Positions 32,101-40,947 of a DNA stretch of 64,000 nt are shown piece after piece; within the stretch, counting starts at the first letter, position 1; each line of letters starts with the position of its first letter. The notes under the pieces are model-generated. The model did no database searches and was not told where the DNA came from. It saw only the letters and a program-made list of their open reading frames with translations. Made by a program: the position numbers and the translations under genes. The DNA is from Methanobacteriota archaeon (lineage in GTDB: Archaea; Thermoplasmatota; Poseidoniia; Poseidoniales; Poseidoniaceae). Location: the NCBI GenBank assembly GCA_038141355.1, contig JAYQHX010000002.1, positions 1,214,478-1,278,477 of the forward strand, given 5' to 3'.

Positions 32101-32213
32101 GGATGTCTGATCTACGAATGGATGATGATGGAACTGCATGGGCAGAAGACCAAGATGGAAATTGGTACTATCAAGAACCTGGTTCCAGTGATTGGAATGA
32201 ATGGTCTGATTGA
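23153..32213 (+). CDS. Giant surface protein: signal anchor, seven DNRLRE-like/Fn3-like units, Ig-like stalk, C-terminal TM and Trp-rich tail (three indels; ~3020 aa joined)
   Basis: ORFs 23132..23317, 23254..25803, 25646..26029 and 26001..32213 join via -1 (~23305), +1 (~25670) and +1 (~26012) indels. Recurrent D(T/S)xID/VDS..N.N(Y)G starts about every 320-335 aa; TM near 31880-31955. Confidence 0.8.
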
Positions 32214-32246
32214 TTACAGATTAGAGGTCATTAACACAATGGATGG

Positions 32247-34817
32247 ATGAAAGTGAAGAATAGATTCGCTTGCTTTCTAATTTTCATTTTGCTTTCACCT
32301 CTAACAATCGGCCTTGTTTCAGCCAATCCCGCTGCAATAAACATCGAGTCACATCCAACAAGTGTTAGTGCCGACCAAGGAATACAATTTACAGCGATTG
32401 TCACGGACTCGTCAGGTAGCACTATCGATGAGACTGTGTATTGGAGTGCGAGTTCTGGAACAATAGATTCTTCGGGCTTTTTCACGCCTGGACTGGCGGG
32501 TAATGTCAACATCACAGCTAGCGCTGGCGCTGTAAATACTACTACCAGTTTAACAGTAACGAAAGGATGGCCACACTCTATTCAGTCAAACTTTCAATCA
32601 TTAGATGTCAGCGTGGATGACATAGTTCCATTGGATGCATTTTTGCTTGATAGAGCGGGCAATCAACTTGATGAAGATCTAGTTTACAGATGCCAAAACG
32701 GGTTAATTGATTATGAAAATAAAACTTGGTCTCCATCTACAATTGGAAATACTACAATGAGAATAATGTATCAGGAATTAGAGCATCAGGTCCATTTCAA
32801 TGTACAACCGGGTAATGCTAGTTTTATTGAGTTCCCATTAGGATTAACCGTACAAAGTGGATCGACCCTCCATATCAATGTCACCGTTTACGATTCACAT
32901 GGGAATGAGGTCAAACTATCCAATGCAGGCCAACTTTCCTTTGAAGTTGAAAACGGGAGTATCTCAAACACTGGATTATACTACGCCAATGCTCCAGGAA
33001 ATTGGAATCTAAGTGTTAACAGCACCTCAGGTGCCGTGGGACATGGTAGAATCAAAGTACTGCCTGCCCAAGCAACTGGACTTGATATAGAAATTGAAAA
33101 TATGGAAATTAGAGCAGGTTCTACTGTCAATCTTTCAGCGATTAGAACTGATATTTTTGGTAATTCCGGAGAAATCGACCTACCTCTTGCTAACTGGACA
33201 ACTCCATCGGGTACACTAGCAAAGGTTAACCAAACCATTCAATGGACTCCTTCCAGTATTGGCACATGGACGATTGGAGTAGCCGACCAAGGTTATTCAA
33301 CTACAATATCTGTCACAGTGATTCAAGGATTTGCTAACAAAATTGACTTTAGTTTCTCTCAACCGATTTTCAAGTCTGGAGACCTGATTGTAGCCTCGCT
33401 TGCAGTATATGATGCTGCGGGCAACTCTCTCTCTATCGATGGAGCTTGGGATATATCTACGGCGATTTCATCGGTGAACCACGGAACATGGCAAGAATTG
33501 AGACCAGGTCTAATAGGCAACTATACAATCTCAGCAACATGGTTTGATAATGAAACTCAACGGGTTTTCGAAGTTGAAAAATTAATGCATATCGTTGCCG
33601 GTGATCTCGCTAGAATTATTCTTCCCGAGAGTGGGACTCAAGTCGCTTCAGATGATGTACTGAGCATGAATCCACAGTTCGAAGATGAATATGGAAACAC
33701 AGTAGATGGTGTCCTAGTTGATTGGATAATTGAAGATGAAGACATGACTATGTCAATTAGGTTGGCAGGAAATAAATGGGCACCTGATAAATTAGGGATT
33801 CATGAGATAAGAGCAATTTCACAAGGCATTTTCGCGATTACTGAGGTAGAAGTAATTCCAGGAGTAGCAAGACAAATTTTCACTAATTACAATGAGACCA
33901 TCACCATTCAGAGTGGAAAGAAGGTCGAAATTCAAATTTTCACACTAGATGTAAATGGAAACCAAGCAATGGCCAACGATGTAAGTTTTGATTTTGACGA
34001 CCCATCTGGCAAAGTGTCACCATCACCAACAGGAATTGGTTATTGGTATATTGAAGGTGGAATCGAAGGTTCATGGAATCTTAGATTATCAAGCGGCACA
34101 GCAATTGAAGATTTAACCGTAAACATTACCGTTGGAGAAGCAGTTCGTTTAATTGCAGAAATTCCGGAAAAAACACCTGAAGAAGGAGAAGATATGATTA
34201 TCCGTATTTACGGATTAGACCAGGCTGGAAATATAGTTCAAGTACCCTCTACGGAGGTAACCCTTCAATGTACTGCAGGAAGTACAAAACACGTTTCAGA
34301 TGACACATACATCCTTACAATCGATAAAGCAGGACAATCTCAATCTTGTAATGTATTATGGGATGATTTAGTCGCTCAAAGATTCTTTGACGTAGATGCA
34401 GTATTATTTGGTGGAGGATTAGGAAGCACCAACACTGCGCTAACAATGGTTTCCATCATTATTTTGTTATTTGTTGCGATAATGATGGTTTTGATTCGAA
34501 GAATAAGACCCGATACCTCTCGAGAAGATTTGTGGGACGATGAGTATGAAGATGATGTTGAATCAATAGTTGAAGTCGAGTTAAAAAAAGAAACCCCGGT
34601 AATCAAAGAAACAAAAGAACCCGAAACCGTCTCTGTAGAAAAAGAAGAATCGTCCGAGGACATTCGATCTCGCTTAGCAGCAGAAGCTAAGCGAACTGGA
34701 ATCATGCAGGCAGCACCGGGAACTGAACAAGGAAAAACCGGATGGTACATCGATTCTACGGGTGAATTAACTTCATGGCTTGTTGCTGAAGATGGTAGTT
34801 GGACTAAGATGTCTTAG
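32247..34817 (+). CDS. Secreted/membrane-anchored protein with tandem Ig-like repeats, C-terminal TM and Trp-containing tail
   Basis: Signal peptide, repeated (V/Y)DxxGN and GxxA..I motifs, TM LTMVSIIILLFVAIMMVLIRR, tail GWYIDSTGELTSWLVAEDGSW. Confidence 0.8.
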   Translation: MKVKNRFACFLIFILLSPLTIGLVSANPAAINIESHPTSVSADQGIQFTAIVTDSSGSTIDETVYWSASSGTIDSSGFFTPGLAGNVNITASAGAVNTTTSLTVTKGWPHSIQSNFQSLDVSVDDIVPLDAFLLDRAGNQLDEDLVYRCQNGLIDYENKTWSPSTIGNTTMRIMYQELEHQVHFNVQPGNASFIEFPLGLTVQSGSTLHINVTVYDSHGNEVKLSNAGQLSFEVENGSISNTGLYYANAPGNWNLSVNSTSGAVGHGRIKVLPAQATGLDIEIENMEIRAGSTVNLSAIRTDIFGNSGEIDLPLANWTTPSGTLAKVNQTIQWTPSSIGTWTIGVADQGYSTTISVTVIQGFANKIDFSFSQPIFKSGDLIVASLAVYDAAGNSLSIDGAWDISTAISSVNHGTWQELRPGLIGNYTISATWFDNETQRVFEVEKLMHIVAGDLARIILPESGTQVASDDVLSMNPQFEDEYGNTVDGVLVDWIIEDEDMTMSIRLAGNKWAPDKLGIHEIRAISQGIFAITEVEVIPGVARQIFTNYNETITIQSGKKVEIQIFTLDVNGNQAMANDVSFDFDDPSGKVSPSPTGIGYWYIEGGIEGSWNLRLSSGTAIEDLTVNITVGEAVRLIAEIPEKTPEEGEDMIIRIYGLDQAGNIVQVPSTEVTLQCTAGSTKHVSDDTYILTIDKAGQSQSCNVLWDDLVAQRFFDVDAVLFGGGLGSTNTALTMVSIIILLFVAIMMVLIRRIRPDTSREDLWDDEYEDDVESIVEVELKKETPVIKETKEPETVSVEKEESSEDIRSRLAAEAKRTGIMQAAPGTEQGKTGWYIDSTGELTSWLVAEDGSWTKMS

Positions 34818-34819
34818 TC

Positions 34820-36478
34820 TCATTCTTCTTCAGCGATGTGTATAGATGCCAAGAACTGATCAATGTCGATATATCCGTTCGCTTCTTTGTCAACATGGTG
34901 GAAAATATCCCTATATTCATCATTTGTAAAGGTGAAATGTAGTGCTTTTAGAGCAGCAATAAATTCTCTTAATGTTAGGTGATTCTTTCCGCCTAGGTCA
35001 GCGGCGTGGAATGCTGCTTCTCGAATCGTTCTCTGCGTTGGGTCTGATTCAGACAACATTTTCATGAATGTATCAAAAGGAGTTGTTCGAATGTGACTGT
35101 GTTTTACACCATATGAATAATAAGTCACCGCACCAATAATGAACGCAGCAAATGCGCCCAAAATAGCCTTTTGTCCCATCAAATACACAAGATATGTACC
35201 ACTTATTACTCCAAAGATTTGCAACCACGGATAAAGTGGTGATTTATACTTAGGGTGGTACCAGCCATGAGCAAAATTTGCTCTTCTAAGTACTATCACA
35301 CTAATGTTGATTAGAACGAAAACCATAATCTGGAAACCTGAAGCCAGTTTTGCTACATCTTTAACTGGAAGGAGGATAATACATGCAGCCATTGTTAGTG
35401 AAGTGATAATAATGGCCCAATGTGGAGTTTCAAATCTCGCATTAACATCTTCCAATGCTTGAGGTAAGAGATTATCTCTTGACATAGCAAACAAGAATCT
35501 AGAAGAGGCAAGAACTCCTGCTAATGCTCCAGAAATCATTGTCAAAATCGCCAAGATAGCCATGAAAATTCCAATCTTTGTTCCTGCTACGGCATCAACA
35601 AATGCAAAGACAGAATCTTCTCGAGGCTCTCCACCATCGTTTAGCCACCATTCACCCGGAACAGAGGCCATCATTACAAATGTCACAAAACAATACAGTA
35701 ATATTGCCACAGAAAGAGAAATTATAATTCCAGATGGAAGGTTCTTTTCAGGATCCTTAACCTCTCCACCAATTGCTCCTACCTTAATGATACCAGAATA
35801 TGCAATAATGACAAGTGCTGCTGCTTCTCCAAGTAGTAATGGGTCATTCTTCACAACATCGATGGCTCCATTATAAGGAACTGAAAAATCCGTACTTGAA
35901 TCAAACAATTGAACTATACAGATTAAAATCAAGACCGCTACTGTGACAATCAGAATTGGTGATTGTACTTTCTTAATTTTCTTAATTCCATAGATGTTAA
36001 GAATCGTGATAACAAGAAGAGCAACCATCGAAACTAGTAATGTGTCAACAGTGGTATCAAAATAAGTCGTTACCGCGTATAGATAAGCAGTAAATCCAAT
36101 CAACGCAAACGCTGATTTTAATAAAAATGAAGCCCATAAACCCAGACCACTAATCGTACCAATAAGTGGTCCAAAAGTTCTCTCTAAGTAAACATAGGAA
36201 CCACCGCTAGACGGCATTGCAGAACCTAATTCCGACTTTGAAATGGCACCTGGTATAACCACAATTCCTGCCAGCAAAAAAGCCATCCAAATACCGGGCC
36301 CCATTATATCAGCCGTGAATGATGGAAGAACAAATAATCCAGAGCCAATCATTGCTGCAAGTGAAATGATAACTAAACCAGCAAGGTTCAGAGACCGCTC
36401 AATCTTAACCTTCACGTCTTTAACAACAGATTTGATTTCGCCCTTAGCGAGTTGGGATGCAGTTTTTCTCAAATCCAT
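34820..36478 (-). CDS. APC-family amino acid permease fused to a C-terminal EF-hand pair
   Basis: AAMIGSGLFVLP, AELG-like SELGSAMPSSGGSYVY, GEVKDPEKNLP, ~12 TM; C-terminal DLGGKNHLTLRE and DKEANGYIDIDQ loops. Confidence 0.88.
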   Translation of the reverse strand: MDLRKTASQLAKGEIKSVVKDVKVKIERSLNLAGLVIISLAAMIGSGLFVLPSFTADIMGPGIWMAFLLAGIVVIPGAISKSELGSAMPSSGGSYVYLERTFGPLIGTISGLGLWASFLLKSAFALIGFTAYLYAVTTYFDTTVDTLLVSMVALLVITILNIYGIKKIKKVQSPILIVTVAVLILICIVQLFDSSTDFSVPYNGAIDVVKNDPLLLGEAAALVIIAYSGIIKVGAIGGEVKDPEKNLPSGIIISLSVAILLYCFVTFVMMASVPGEWWLNDGGEPREDSVFAFVDAVAGTKIGIFMAILAILTMISGALAGVLASSRFLFAMSRDNLLPQALEDVNARFETPHWAIIITSLTMAACIILLPVKDVAKLASGFQIMVFVLINISVIVLRRANFAHGWYHPKYKSPLYPWLQIFGVISGTYLVYLMGQKAILGAFAAFIIGAVTYYSYGVKHSHIRTTPFDTFMKMLSESDPTQRTIREAAFHAADLGGKNHLTLREFIAALKALHFTFTNDEYRDIFHHVDKEANGYIDIDQFLASIHIAEEE

Positions 36479-36576
36479 AACAAAATCCTCGATTTACTGC
36501 CGTATTCCGACCAACAATTAGCGCCAAAGGTGGAAACTAGTTAGTGGTTTTGCATATTTAAATCGGAAAATGAAAT

Positions 36577-37971
36577 TTATTGTACTCTAGCAATTACCTT
36601 CATCTCAACAGCGATTGGAGTAGGCAATGCACTAATTGCTAATGTCGTGCGAGTGGGTCCTACTTTGCCTAGCGTTTCAGCCCAAACCTCATTGTACCCT
36701 GAGAAATCTCTATCCATATCAACCAAGAAAGATGTCACATCGATGACATTATCGATTGAAGACCCTGCTTCTTCTAATATTCTAGAAATATTTTGGATTA
36801 CGGCATGGGTTTGGGCTTTGATATCATATTCTAGTGGTTTTCCATTAGCATCTTTGATTGGTCCACCTGGTATTGAATTATCACCTGGCTGTCTTGGACC
36901 AACACCTGAAAGATAAATCAAATCACCTTCACGACGAGCATGAGGATAGGCACCCACTGGTTTTGGTGCTTTTTCAGAATTTACTGAATTTTTGGATTCA
37001 ACAGGATCATACAGTTCTGGCCCACTGTTGATACTATTATTTTCTGAGTCGTTATCTGAGTCGAGTACGTCTCTATCTCCTCCGTAGAACTCAACATCAT
37101 CCTCATCATATTCCTTATCTCCTGTTCCATTGGATTCAGGATCTAAAACTACAACAGCGGCTCCTGCACCATGAATTGCCTCGTAAGCTAAAACATCACC
37201 ACTCAAGTCATTTCGATTACTGTTCATTGCTGATAACCACCACATTGGTTTGAATGCGACGACCTTCTTTACTCTAATTTGGTCTTGGATTGTACGGCTT
37301 AATTGACCAACATCCTCGAGCCTTCCTTTTCCTAAGAATTCGAGAATTTTTCTATTCCATTCATCGTCTTTCAAAGAGTGAATTCGATCTTCATGAGGCT
37401 CGATTGGTTCAGTAAACATCCTGTTTGAAAGGGACATAACAGATACAGCAACCGCTTTCTTACCTTGAGATTTGATAACGTCAAGGCAGGATTTTGCGAG
37501 AACCGTGGTCTCTGCTCTATTTGAATAAACATTGCTTGAACAAATAACGGCAGGAATTCGATTGTCTGGATTCAATAATTGCAGAGCAACGACAGAACCG
37601 ACATCTATCGGGAACCCTTCATAGGCAACTGTTCGTGATTGCAAACCGCGAGAAATATTTGCATCATTCCAAGCATGCGCAAACTCACTATCGATGTTTA
37701 GTGAGTAATGGATACTGCCTAAATCGTGGAAATCCGCATCCACTAAAACCCATTTAGGATTAGGATCCGCCTGAATTTGGTGTCCAATGATACTAGGCCA
37801 AAGCGTTGAATAAATCACAATCAAATCAGCATCTGATTCTTCAATTTGCCTCTTTGCTTCATCGTAAGCATCTCTTATTCTCTGCCAACCTTCGTTTTTT
37901 TCAGGGCACAAAACAGGGTGAGGATGAGCCGGAACAATTAGCGATTTTACAATCTCTCCAGTCATAGTCAC
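36577..37971 (-). CDS. amnA: 2-aminophenol 1,6-dioxygenase alpha-subunit-like domain fused to a RidA/YjgF (2-aminomuconate deaminase-like) domain
   Basis: N-domain YSTLW, GFPIDVGS, SSNVY, EDRI..DDEWNR matches my recall of the LigB-like alpha subunit. C-domain PVGAYPHARR, LSGVGP, PTRTT, LPTPIAVEMKVIA is Rid-family. GTG start overlaps the amnB stop. Confidence 0.82.
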   Translation of the reverse strand: MTMTGEIVKSLIVPAHPHPVLCPEKNEGWQRIRDAYDEAKRQIEESDADLIVIYSTLWPSIIGHQIQADPNPKWVLVDADFHDLGSIHYSLNIDSEFAHAWNDANISRGLQSRTVAYEGFPIDVGSVVALQLLNPDNRIPAVICSSNVYSNRAETTVLAKSCLDVIKSQGKKAVAVSVMSLSNRMFTEPIEPHEDRIHSLKDDEWNRKILEFLGKGRLEDVGQLSRTIQDQIRVKKVVAFKPMWWLSAMNSNRNDLSGDVLAYEAIHGAGAAVVVLDPESNGTGDKEYDEDDVEFYGGDRDVLDSDNDSENNSINSGPELYDPVESKNSVNSEKAPKPVGAYPHARREGDLIYLSGVGPRQPGDNSIPGGPIKDANGKPLEYDIKAQTHAVIQNISRILEEAGSSIDNVIDVTSFLVDMDRDFSGYNEVWAETLGKVGPTRTTLAISALPTPIAVEMKVIARVQ

Positions 37972-38861
37972 TCACCCCATTCACTTACAGGCCACTCCAT
38001 AATCGCATTACCTGTTCCAATGATTGTCCCATAGCCATGCAATTTCGCTGGTTGGTTAGGAATTCCTAATGTAGATAACAACCATGTTAGAGCGCCACCA
38101 TCGGTCTCAGCAATCGCTTGTTCACAAAATTCTGGCATCTCGTCGATTATCTGTTGTGATTTCCCATTTCTCATCAATTCAATCATTCGCATATCCCAAA
38201 GATGCATTGCGTGGCTAGTGATATGTTCTTTACTCATGTCTTCAGGAGGGTTTGTTTCTGAAACAAAGTGCCTGTGAGATAAGGAATTGCTAGCTACTAG
38301 TAAGCACTTCTTACCGCTTGCCTCAATCGCCTTCGCGGTCGATTTTCCAAGTTCGAGCATCATTTCTTGCATTACTTCAACCGAATAATAATGCATACCT
38401 CTGTTAGAAGATAATGCAACGATTGGTTTATCCCATTCAGGACGAATCATGTGGCAGGAAACAATTGTCCCATAATCTACTCTGAAATCAGGATTTTCCA
38501 TCATTTTGACAGCCAGACCGTCTGATTTAGCCTGGTCATGAATTGATTTAGCCAATTCAACATCGACTGTCAAGTCATAGTTGTATCTGAAAAGGTTGGG
38601 AAAAATAGGGTCCACGCTTTTGGATTGAAATTTTTCAATACCAAGGAAATGAGTTCCAATGTAGGTTTGCCAATGTGGAGACATTATCACAATAACATCA
38701 TAATCGATGTCTTTAATTGATTCTCGCAATCTTTCATAGCCCCATCTCAATTGCTCCCAACCACCTTCTGAAGTTGGCTCATTTTGGGTAGGATTCTCTG
38801 CATAAACGAGGTGCGGAGGATGTGGAGCGAGACATGCTGCTACAATGCTACCTTTCGCCAT
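37968..38861 (-). CDS. amnB: 2-aminophenol 1,6-dioxygenase beta (catalytic) subunit
   Basis: APHPPHLVYAENP.QNEP, GGWEQLRWGYER, SPHW, SVDPIFPNLFRY, FRVDYGT, SLSH, AE, YGTIIGTGNAIMEW are near-identical to my recall of AmnB/CnbCb, with Fe-ligand His/His/Glu retained. Start placed at MAKGSIV. Confidence 0.92.
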   Translation of the reverse strand: MAKGSIVAACLAPHPPHLVYAENPTQNEPTSEGGWEQLRWGYERLRESIKDIDYDVIVIMSPHWQTYIGTHFLGIEKFQSKSVDPIFPNLFRYNYDLTVDVELAKSIHDQAKSDGLAVKMMENPDFRVDYGTIVSCHMIRPEWDKPIVALSSNRGMHYYSVEVMQEMMLELGKSTAKAIEASGKKCLLVASNSLSHRHFVSETNPPEDMSKEHITSHAMHLWDMRMIELMRNGKSQQIIDEMPEFCEQAIAETDGGALTWLLSTLGIPNQPAKLHGYGTIIGTGNAIMEWPVSEWGE

Positions 38862-38916
38862 GAGACTGCGACAAGGTTCCGCACCTTCTATCATTCGCTT
38901 CCTCGTGGCGGTGAAC

Positions 38917-39324
38917 ATGGGGGACAAAACAGACCTCAAATTCCGGCATGTATTGTGGCCAACATTGTTAGCTGTAGTCTTAATTTCAATTTGTGCAGCA
39001 ACATTGGAAATTCACAGATTTCCTCCGATGATATTGTGCCTTGTGGTGGCGGTTCTTTTCGCACCATTATTAGCCAAATTAACCAATGCCGGTGAAATGA
39101 AAGAACACGCTATTGGAGTGGCATTGGTTTGCATACCGATGGCAGTTGTTTGGTCACTTGGTTCAAATTACTTCAATATCGCAATTCCGTTTATGGCTTG
39201 GGTTTGGCAATCAGCTTCTTGGTCCAAATCAAATCAACCTCCGATAAAATACGGGGTTTGGCACGGATTTGGCATAGCGTTTGCGATAATACCTGGCGCT
39301 ATGCTGTACGAGGCCCTATTCTAG
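38917..39324 (+). CDS. Small hypothetical membrane protein (~4 TM)
   Basis: GGTGA SD-like site before ATG 38917; hydrophobic throughout. Confidence 0.6.
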   Translation: MGDKTDLKFRHVLWPTLLAVVLISICAATLEIHRFPPMILCLVVAVLFAPLLAKLTNAGEMKEHAIGVALVCIPMAVVWSLGSNYFNIAIPFMAWVWQSASWSKSNQPPIKYGVWHGFGIAFAIIPGAMLYEALF

Positions 39325-40136
39325 TAAGATTCCTCATCATTTGGAAAATCTTTTGACCGTACATCCGAGCAATATTGCTCTACTGCGTTTGTTATCTGAT
39401 TCTCTAAATCAAGATACCTTCTCAAAAATCTTGGGCTAAAATCAGTAGTAATTCCAAGCATGTCGTGGAGAACCAATACCTGACCATCACAATCAGGACC
39501 TGCCCCGATACCTATTGTTGGGATTGATATTGATTCACTAACCTTTTTCGCTAAATGCGCTGGTATCTTCTCCAATACAATAGCAAAACAACCAGCCTCC
39601 TCCAATACCTTGGCATCGGAAATTAACTTTTCAGCCTCTTCTTCTTCTTTGGCACGAACTGAATATGTTCCAAATTTGTAAATTGATTGAGGGGTTAATC
39701 CCAAGTGACCCATCACTGGAATACCAGCGGTTAGGATTCTCTCGATGCTTCCAACGATTTCTGTTCCGCCTTCTAATTTGACAGCGTGGCCATTTGATTC
39801 TTTCATTATTCTGATGGCACTTTCCAATGCAATTGCAGAATTTCCTTGGTATGATCCAAATGGCATGTCAACCACTATCAAAGCCCTATCGACTGCTCTT
39901 TCTACACATTGAGCATGATAGATCATATGGTCAAGGCTCATTGGGACTGTTGTATCCCTACCTGCCATTACATTAGAGGCTGAATCTCCGACTAGAATTA
40001 CATCTACGCCGCCTCTATCAACTAGTTTTGCAAGACTGTAATCATATGCTGTAAGCATAGTGATTTTTTCACCAGCACGCTTCATTTCCTGAAGCGTATG
40101 GGTCGTGACTTTCTTGGCTTGCCCATGAACGGACAT
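39321..40136 (-). CDS. panB: 3-methyl-2-oxobutanoate hydroxymethyltransferase
   Basis: [55 protein letters not shown]. Confidence 0.97.
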   Translation of the reverse strand: MSVHGQAKKVTTHTLQEMKRAGEKITMLTAYDYSLAKLVDRGGVDVILVGDSASNVMAGRDTTVPMSLDHMIYHAQCVERAVDRALIVVDMPFGSYQGNSAIALESAIRIMKESNGHAVKLEGGTEIVGSIERILTAGIPVMGHLGLTPQSIYKFGTYSVRAKEEEEAEKLISDAKVLEEAGCFAIVLEKIPAHLAKKVSESISIPTIGIGAGPDCDGQVLVLHDMLGITTDFSPRFLRRYLDLENQITNAVEQYCSDVRSKDFPNDEESY

Positions 40137-40187
40137 AGTTATTCCACGAGTGTTGCCGTTTTGAATCCCTCGCTACGATGAATTTAA

Positions 40188-40907
40188 TCAAATTTCAATT
40201 ACATCTAACTGTTCTAGTAGCATATCATAGAGTGATTGTTCATCATCACATTCAAGCATTTGGTATCGAATTTCAGGATCGCTAACAGTCATTGCAGCGA
40301 TTGTGTAAATAGCATTGGGATTGTTATACATAATTACAGAGATTTGATTCTCTATCCAGTCATCAAAAATGGAGTTATCCAATCGTAGAAGTTTACCGAT
40401 TTTTGACAAGATTTTTCGGAGAATTTCTTCTAACTCATCTAATTTGTTATCAGATAAAAACATCTCATCTTCAATATATTCAACACTGGCTGAAATGTAC
40501 AACTTACTGTTTGCACTATCTTCAGGTATTTTGCTAAGTATTGTCTCTAAGTCAGGGAAAATACCCTCTTCGGGAATGATGTCCAACATCGATTCATCAC
40601 TAAATGGAGGTAGTGCAGGTGAGTTGACAGACTTGATTTGAAACCTTCTGCGACCGATAATTTCGATAAAGTGGTTTGACCCTTTTGTCTCATGATGAAC
40701 AATCTCTGCTTCACAACCAAACTTTCTTGGAGAATCCCATCCGTTAATTTTCGAAAAATCATCGTTCAAAATCAATCCAAAATTTTTCTCATCAAGGAGG
40801 CAGTCATCTAACATTTGTTTGTACCTAGGCTCAAAAATTCTCAACTGTTGAACCTCACCTGGCATCAGAATCATCGGAAGAACAAACAAGGGTAGTTCTT
40901 CTGACAT
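40188..40907 (-). CDS. Stand-alone LON peptidase substrate-binding (N-terminal) domain protein
   Basis: LPLFVLPMILMPGE..LRIFEPRYKQML..C, FGL, GC.AEI, IIGRRRFQI; no ATPase or protease domain. Confidence 0.85.
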   Translation of the reverse strand: MSEELPLFVLPMILMPGEVQQLRIFEPRYKQMLDDCLLDEKNFGLILNDDFSKINGWDSPRKFGCEAEIVHHETKGSNHFIEIIGRRRFQIKSVNSPALPPFSDESMLDIIPEEGIFPDLETILSKIPEDSANSKLYISASVEYIEDEMFLSDNKLDELEEILRKILSKIGKLLRLDNSIFDDWIENQISVIMYNNPNAIYTIAAMTVSDPEIRYQMLECDDEQSLYDMLLEQLDVIEI

Positions 40908-40931
40908 GGGTTTAGATTACTCGCTATTACT

Positions 40932-40939
40932 TTTGAACC
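40932..40939 (-). promoter_or_regulatory. Candidate core promoter element GGTTCAAA
   Basis: 32 nt upstream of ATG 40907. Confidence 0.5.
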
Positions 40940-40947
40940 TGTGTTCA

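Noticed and set aside
23153-32213. CRISPR array or DNA-level tandem repeats
   Set aside because: Periodicity is only at the diverged protein-domain level; no identical repeat-spacer pattern was seen anywhere in the window.
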